This document shows positions 35,901 through 40,427 of a DNA stretch of 40,427 bases, in pieces. Positions within the stretch are counted from its first letter, which is position 1. Each line of letters opens with the position of its first letter. The translations under genes were made by a program, and so were the position numbers. The stretch covers positions 1 to 40,427 of the IMG/VR virus record IMGVR_UViG_3300025513_000019; one strand, written 5' to 3'. This stretch comes from a virus (Duplodnaviria > Caudoviricetes). The notes beneath the pieces are model-generated. The model was not told the DNA's origin. It worked only from the letters and a program-made list of their open reading frames with translations, and made no database searches.

Positions 35901-38292
35901 TATAGACATAGATTTAACAACACCATTTACTCAATTAGTAGATGCAATACAGGAATTTATCCCGTTAACATCTACAGTAACAGAAAACCTTGGGACTGTA
36001 AGAGCTGGCACTCGCCGCACTGGTACAACCTCGACTACTAGTTTACGCGATACGACTAGGAGTGTGCAATTATCTGGCGAAAATGTAAATGAACAAAAAG
36101 TTGGCGATTTCGTTACAAACTTTACTTTTAATCCATACATGAGGTCTAGAGAAGTAGGCGTGTTCATGGCTGGTCTAAGACCTAATACTCAGCACTACTT
36201 TTTCTTTGATGAAGATGATGTAAATTCTCACATATATCCTGCTCAAGGAGCACCCGGTAATGTAAACGATCCTAGGTTATTTACAAGAGGTGGGGTCATT
36301 GGATCTGCCGTAACATCAGACGGAAATGGAATTGTAAGAGCGGTATTTAAAATACCAGAAGGTACTTTCTTTGTAGGTGATAGAAGACTTGAAATAGCAG
36401 ATATTGATACATATGCTTCAATAGCATCAGGAAAAACGTCGTATGGTTCGTTAATGTATCGTGCATATAACTTTTCGGTTGAAAAATCTTCCTTATCGGT
36501 TTCAACAAGATCGCCTGCAAACTTTATACAAACCGAAACATCTGATAGGACTGTTACTCGGAGGACAGCGCCAGTACCAGATAATGATAATGATAATGGG
36601 CCCGATCCTCTTGCGCAAACATTTTTTATTAAAACTGGAATGGGCCGCGGATCTGAAACCGTGTTCATATCAAAGTTAGATATATTCTTTAAAAGAATAA
36701 GTACAACAAACGGCTTATTGGTTGACATTAGAGAAGTTATTAATGGTTATCCTTCAAGTATATCTGTTCCATTATCAGATGTTCATTTAGACCCAGCAGA
36801 AATAGGTGTTTCAGATAATGCTTCAGTTGCTACAACCGTAACATTTAAATCTCCTATACGATTAGATGCTGAAAAAGAATACGCATTCGTCGTTAAACCA
36901 GACGCAAATGATCCAGATTACCTGCTCTTTACTTCCAAGGTTGGTGGAAAAAATCTTAGCCCAGGTGCAACACAAGGTCTTGCTGTTGTTCAGGATTGGG
37001 GAGATGGAGTTCTCTTTACGTCTACTAATAACAGAGCGTGGAAATCTTATCAAGATGAAGATGTTAAGTTTAAATTATATCGCCATAACTTTGGATCAGA
37101 CACCGGTACTATAACATTTACAAACGACGACAATGAATTCTTTACTACAGCGAATAATGTAGGGCGGTTTGAAGTTGGCGAACTTGTTTATACAGATGAG
37201 CCATTAATTGGGTCTACTGCAATTTCAGTGAGTGTTACTGCTGGAAGTAATGTCATAACTGGAACGAGCTTGTCTGATACGTATTCTGCCGGGGATTATA
37301 TTTTGCTGGATGACGGAGCGACGAATAAACAAATACTTAGAGTTACGTCTTCAACAACATCAACAATTACGGCAGATCGAAATGCGTTCTTTACAGCTTC
37401 AATAGATTCAAATCCAATTACAGCTGCAACTATAACACATTACGATTTTAGATACCCAACATCTATGGTATTGGAACGTTCGTCAGCAACTTCAACTAGA
37501 AAGTTTGAAGCTGGAGATACTATTAGTGGATTTGATAGTGAATCTACAGCTGGAATTGTTTCGGTCGATAATAAAAACATTAGTTACATACAGCCAATGA
37601 TTACAAGAACAAACGATATTGTATCAAGCACATCACTAGCTGGGACATTTGCAAACTCTACTACAGGTGCTGCATATAATCAAAGCGTTGCTTTTAATGA
37701 TAAAACATTATTTGCGGAAAATGGTATAGCCATATATAGTAAGTCTAACGACATAGCTGGTGTAAAATCTTTAAATCTAACGGTATCTTTAGCAAATGGG
37801 TCAAATTCAACGTCGTCGCCAATGATAGATATTGAAACTGCATCTGTACTTGCAAGTGAATGGCAAATTACAAATGACTCAAACACAACGGCTAAATATA
37901 TTTCAAGAACTGTTGAATTATCAGAAAATCTAGACGCCGAAGATTTTACATTATTAACTACAGCGTATCGCCCAAGTGGAACTGACATAAAAGTATTTAT
38001 TAAGCCACAATCTGTTGATGACGCAAGTGTATTTGATACTAATGCCTGGATGGAATTAGAACTTACTGAAGGTATAAATTTGTATTCTTCGATAAGTAAT
38101 ATAAACGACTTTAAAGAATTTGCATATAAAGTTAAAGATACAGACAAAACTGCTCTTGGCATATTAACATATACGAATGCTATAGCAACCTTTGAAGGTT
38201 ATCGTAGATTTGCAATTAAAATAGAATTACATTCCGAAAGCATATTTAAAGCACCTAGGTTGTTAGATTACAGAGGAATTTCGCTAACATGA
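32914..38292 (+). CDS. Large virion structural protein (VrlC/DUF4815-like)
   Basis: 1792 aa; LNVDPYFDDY...ILFKP...VQARELTQLQ, APGADRLK, ARRT.EESGDY, RFKNG..VDPF, DPLAQTF. Confidence 0.85.
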   Translation: MPINTDLNVDPYFDDYNLEKQFYKILFKPSYPVQARELTQLQTTLQNQVEQFGDNIFQEGSIINGCNFTELSDLKFVKLGDKTGFSISDYVGFDDTVTVLGEEYVRTNSYELRGVVSGINATVVAAAAGFETRNPNLNTFFIDYTSTSGVNKQFQTGELLEIYKISTVEVGAGISATATLVDSINVTSFVNAVGNSFGLRSAPGVTYQRGHFLYAEEQLIIVSKYDNVPTETSIGYEVQEKIINSDIDTSLLDNANGSFNQNAPGADRLKLIPVLKSLTNALADANADFFSLVRYSDGNQVVLRNVSQYNVIGDEMARRTFEESGDYTVRGFKPKLVRKNGVLTATISPGLAYIKGYRVETLSEIFKPVDEVANTSIGVRTNQPISFNYGGYAKTANSSTSGTVNLGTFETVQLKDGGGNAAGTARVRNITNDKIFLFDIRTLPGQTFSDVEEVVGLSGSIPINVNSVIQDAGKSSMIFDSGMVSLNSLSNISIPVRAQKSLSGLTSTTVILSPDSGEDFAVNNDDALFVDATNTKIDILNNSLAGSLLNLTLTSTPSATATLYYNKRIQNASPFTKTSETLYVKCDFANPPITSANSIYNLGFPDVYEIVTITDSAGNDVTTSFKLRTNQRDNFYGHSYIEFKPGRVIPAPGDMTVEMNAFKLGDTTGNYFFNINSYPASVATNKIQSYISAAGDTYNLRDSLDFRPYVEPLSPATYTNAALVGTAPSVSNSATGVNIAPVFSSSYEILTPSLNQSADVDYQYYFSRKDIVVIDSFSRISIVKGTESENPFPETTPKDQLKIAEIFVPGKPALSPAEAYVQDRIDYSATVKQKGTRGYNMKAIENIEQKVDQLRYYVLLSTLEADTKNLNITDENGLSRFKNGIIVDPFNDLSIANLENTEYNAAIDFTEKSLMPSVKSFPINLKLKTITNATVFPNATNPVLGSLQRDSDVEIISQPYATAFRNCVSSFYNYIGTGALSPEYDALYDTVTNPLNIDIDLTTPFTQLVDAIQEFIPLTSTVTENLGTVRAGTRRTGTTSTTSLRDTTRSVQLSGENVNEQKVGDFVTNFTFNPYMRSREVGVFMAGLRPNTQHYFFFDEDDVNSHIYPAQGAPGNVNDPRLFTRGGVIGSAVTSDGNGIVRAVFKIPEGTFFVGDRRLEIADIDTYASIASGKTSYGSLMYRAYNFSVEKSSLSVSTRSPANFIQTETSDRTVTRRTAPVPDNDNDNGPDPLAQTFFIKTGMGRGSETVFISKLDIFFKRISTTNGLLVDIREVINGYPSSISVPLSDVHLDPAEIGVSDNASVATTVTFKSPIRLDAEKEYAFVVKPDANDPDYLLFTSKVGGKNLSPGATQGLAVVQDWGDGVLFTSTNNRAWKSYQDEDVKFKLYRHNFGSDTGTITFTNDDNEFFTTANNVGRFEVGELVYTDEPLIGSTAISVSVTAGSNVITGTSLSDTYSAGDYILLDDGATNKQILRVTSSTTSTITADRNAFFTASIDSNPITAATITHYDFRYPTSMVLERSSATSTRKFEAGDTISGFDSESTAGIVSVDNKNISYIQPMITRTNDIVSSTSLAGTFANSTTGAAYNQSVAFNDKTLFAENGIAIYSKSNDIAGVKSLNLTVSLANGSNSTSSPMIDIETASVLASEWQITNDSNTTAKYISRTVELSENLDAEDFTLLTTAYRPSGTDIKVFIKPQSVDDASVFDTNAWMELELTEGINLYSSISNINDFKEFAYKVKDTDKTALGILTYTNAIATFEGYRRFAIKIELHSESIFKAPRLLDYRGISLT

Positions 38293-38465
38293 TAAGAGAT
38301 GAAAAAACAAAAGCATTACTAAATAGCGATATTGCATCTTTGAATAAATACAAATTAGAAAGAAATCGCATTAGAAAAATTGAATCTCTTTCAAAAGAAG
38401 TAAGGGAAGTTAAAAAAGTTCTTACTTCAGTTTGCGAAAGACTTGATCGGATAGAAAGTATTTAA
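38289..38465 (+). CDS. Small coiled-coil protein (58 aa, absent from ORF track)
   Basis: MIRDEKTKALLNSDIASLNKYKLERNRIRKIESLSKEVREVKKVLTSVCERLDRIESI; ATGA overlap; fills the gap exactly. Confidence 0.75.
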   Translation: MIRDEKTKALLNSDIASLNKYKLERNRIRKIESLSKEVREVKKVLTSVCERLDRIESI

Positions 38466-38468
38466 GAT

Positions 38469-39521
38469 ATGTCAAAAACAGCTATAGGCCAGATCACAAC
38501 AACGCAAACATTCCAATCGTGGTTAGATAAAACTAATGACATAGTAATACTGCTGGAAACCGATGTTATGACGGCATCCGCACTCGGCGATTCAACTATA
38601 GGGGATGCCACTCTTGTAGGTACATTTACGGCAAATAACGTAATTGCTCACGATTCACTTAAAGTAAATACTATTATGCCCAGAAGTGGTTTTACTAAAG
38701 TATCCTACACTGCCCCTATTGAAATTAACAGTTCTGGCACAATTTCACAAACTGTAATTAGCCCAGCAGGGCCGAGATTTAAATATTCGTCTGGTTCTTC
38801 AACCTGGTTAACTGGATTTGAAGATACAATCAATAACAATTTTATCATCGATACCGGGGCTAATCCTCGTAGATTGGTATTAACACCAACTGGTGATTTA
38901 ACTATTTCAGGAAAATTCATAGCGTTAAACGGTATTGAAGTACCATCTCCATTTAGTATAACTGGCAATGTAATTGGGGATATTACGGGTACAGTAAGCG
39001 ATATATCAAATCACAATTCGGATGACTTGGCTGAAGGTAGTAGTAATCTCTATTTTACTTCTGCAAGAGCTAGATCATCAATTTCTGGTGGAACCGGTGT
39101 TACTTATGATAATGCAACTGGGGTTGTAAGCATCGGGCAGGATGTTGCAACTACATCCAATGTAACATTCAACAATATACTTACTTCTGGAAATGTTAAT
39201 GTGCAAGGTCAAGTTGTTGCCGCAGGCGACGTAACAGCTTACGGATCCGTTTCGGATATTACAATGAAAGAAAATATACTTCCAATTTCAGACGCGCTAG
39301 AAAAAGTTTTACAACTTGGTGGATACACATTTAATTATATAGGAAATGATAATCCTATGACTGGCGTCATCGCCCAGGAAATTATTGGAGTGTTGCCTGG
39401 TATTGTATATGAACATGACAACCCTAACACTAAAGAGAAAGTTTATGCAGTTCGTCACGGAAATTTAGTTGGGTTATTAATCGAAGCTATTAAAGAATTA
39501 AACGAAAAAATAGGTAAATAA
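38469..39521 (+). CDS. Tail fibre protein with C-terminal intramolecular chaperone (peptidase S74)
   Basis: TFQSW..KTN N-terminus, LAEGSSNLYFTSARAR, SDITMKENI..I..ALEKV..L.G.TF, G.IAQE, LLIEAIKEL. Confidence 0.85.
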   Translation: MSKTAIGQITTTQTFQSWLDKTNDIVILLETDVMTASALGDSTIGDATLVGTFTANNVIAHDSLKVNTIMPRSGFTKVSYTAPIEINSSGTISQTVISPAGPRFKYSSGSSTWLTGFEDTINNNFIIDTGANPRRLVLTPTGDLTISGKFIALNGIEVPSPFSITGNVIGDITGTVSDISNHNSDDLAEGSSNLYFTSARARSSISGGTGVTYDNATGVVSIGQDVATTSNVTFNNILTSGNVNVQGQVVAAGDVTAYGSVSDITMKENILPISDALEKVLQLGGYTFNYIGNDNPMTGVIAQEIIGVLPGIVYEHDNPNTKEKVYAVRHGNLVGLLIEAIKELNEKIGK

Positions 39522-39522
39522 T

Positions 39523-40427
39523 ATGCCAATTAAAGCAGCATTTGGTACTCTTACATTTACAGAAATTGAAGCAGAATATGACAACCCTAAACCTTGGGCT
39601 TTAACAGAATTTTACAGTGTTGCTCCAGAAATTCCAGTTTCAGGTACAATAAAGTTTAGTGATTTTTATGGTACATCAGATGTTCAGCGAATACCACTAG
39701 GTGCCTTTCCTTATGATCCAAAAATAAATGGATTCGACAATATTAGAAATTGTAACTTGTGGACATTATTAACTGGAATTGGTTTTACAGATCCATCCTT
39801 ACGTTATGACTTGACAATCCCAGCAAACGTATGGTTTTGGGGAGGGGATACGGCAACAGCAGGGCTAACTATACCATCCAATATGACTGGTGACATAACT
39901 ATTCGCAACAACGGTAATATTATTGGCTGTGGTGGCAAAGGCGGGAATGCTGCAACCACAGGCGAAGATGGCGGCCCTGCAATAAAAATATTAACAAACG
40001 CAAATGTTGTATTTCTTAATAACACAGGTGCTTACATTGCTGGTGGTGGTGGTGGTGGTGGCGGCGGCAATCCTACTATAGGCGCAGGTGGAGGTGGTGG
40101 TGCAGGTGGTGGCGCAGGTGGCAGTGGTTATCGTGCAGCAGGTCGACCGGGTGCTGGTGGCATACTTGGCGCTAATGGTGCAACTGCTCCGAATGATAGC
40201 GACGCAGGAGGTGGTAAAGGTGGTGGCGCTGGCGCTGGTGGCGGTGGCTACGATAACGGTTCTGGTTGGTTTAATGACCCAGACTCAGGCGCAGGTGGTG
40301 GCGGTGGGCGTATTTTACCTGGTCTTGGCGGTGCAGGATCTACTGGCAGCGACGACTACGAAGGCATGCCAGGAGGCAGTGCTGGCGCATCGGGTCAAGG
40401 GCGGGCCGCGGGTGCAGGATCTGGCGG
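39523..40427 (+). CDS. Glycine-rich tail fibre adhesin (gp38-like), truncated by window end
   Basis: ATG at 39523 (MPIKAAFG...SGTIKFSDFYG), I.NNG.IIG.GG.GG, YIAGGGGGGGGG and polyglycine blocks; open to the last base. Confidence 0.8.
   Translation, partial: MPIKAAFGTLTFTEIEAEYDNPKPWALTEFYSVAPEIPVSGTIKFSDFYGTSDVQRIPLGAFPYDPKINGFDNIRNCNLWTLLTGIGFTDPSLRYDLTIPANVWFWGGDTATAGLTIPSNMTGDITIRNNGNIIGCGGKGGNAATTGEDGGPAIKILTNANVVFLNNTGAYIAGGGGGGGGGNPTIGAGGGGGAGGGAGGSGYRAAGRPGAGGILGANGATAPNDSDAGGGKGGGAGAGGGGYDNGSGWFNDPDSGAGGGGGRILPGLGGAGSTGSDDYEGMPGGSAGASGQGRAAGAGSG

Noticed and set aside
36581-36598. GATAAT x3 tandem repeat
   Set aside because: Encodes a short DNDNDN linker in frame; too short to suggest a function.
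368-40025. Numerous 60-160 aa ORFs antisense to, or out of frame within, recognised genes
   Set aside because: They overlap well-supported CDSs and show no motifs or RBS.
40043-40310. (GGT)n and GGC-rich repeats with raised GC content
   Set aside because: Explained by polyglycine codons of the adhesin; not a separate repeat element or foreign insert.
1-40427. tRNA genes, CRISPR arrays, introns, inteins, integrase or transposase
   Set aside because: None seen by eye. Intergenic gaps are short and core genes are of expected length; tRNAscan and Infernal were not run.

Overview
A 40 kb segment of an AT-rich T4-like (Tevenvirinae-related) myovirus genome, assigned from gene content. There are three blocks. 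(1) 1-10.2 kb: an early nucleotide-metabolism and DNA-modification island. It holds a T4 gp42-like dCMP hydroxymethylase, a DUF5664 dNTP pyrophosphohydrolase, dCMP deaminase, an NPPY amino-methyltransferase, a nucleotidyltransferase-kinase fusion, a HAD phosphatase, a divergent beta-glucosyltransferase-like enzyme, a divergent C5-cytosine methyltransferase, DexA and a GT-A glycosyltransferase. (2) 10.2-14.9 kb: the replication accessory block (gp45, gp44, gp62, regA), a degenerate dUTPase, and hsp20 with a ROSE-like thermometer leader. (3) 14.9-40.4 kb: tail and baseplate morphogenesis (probable tape measure, gp51, gp26, gp54, gp2, gp4, gp48, split gp53, hub, gp5 with a C-terminal transglycosylase, an M15 peptidase protein, gp25, gp6, gp7, gp8, a VrlC-like protein and tail fibres). 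The best candidate for an undescribed system is a cytosine hypermodification pathway. It would combine hmC synthesis, a phage-encoded nucleotide-sugar module and a BGT-fold transferase. The transferase and the adjacent atypical C5-methyltransferase both end in a sliding-clamp-binding-like motif (TLEDFL, TLEEFF). All family assignments come from recalled motifs and gene order; no database searches were run.
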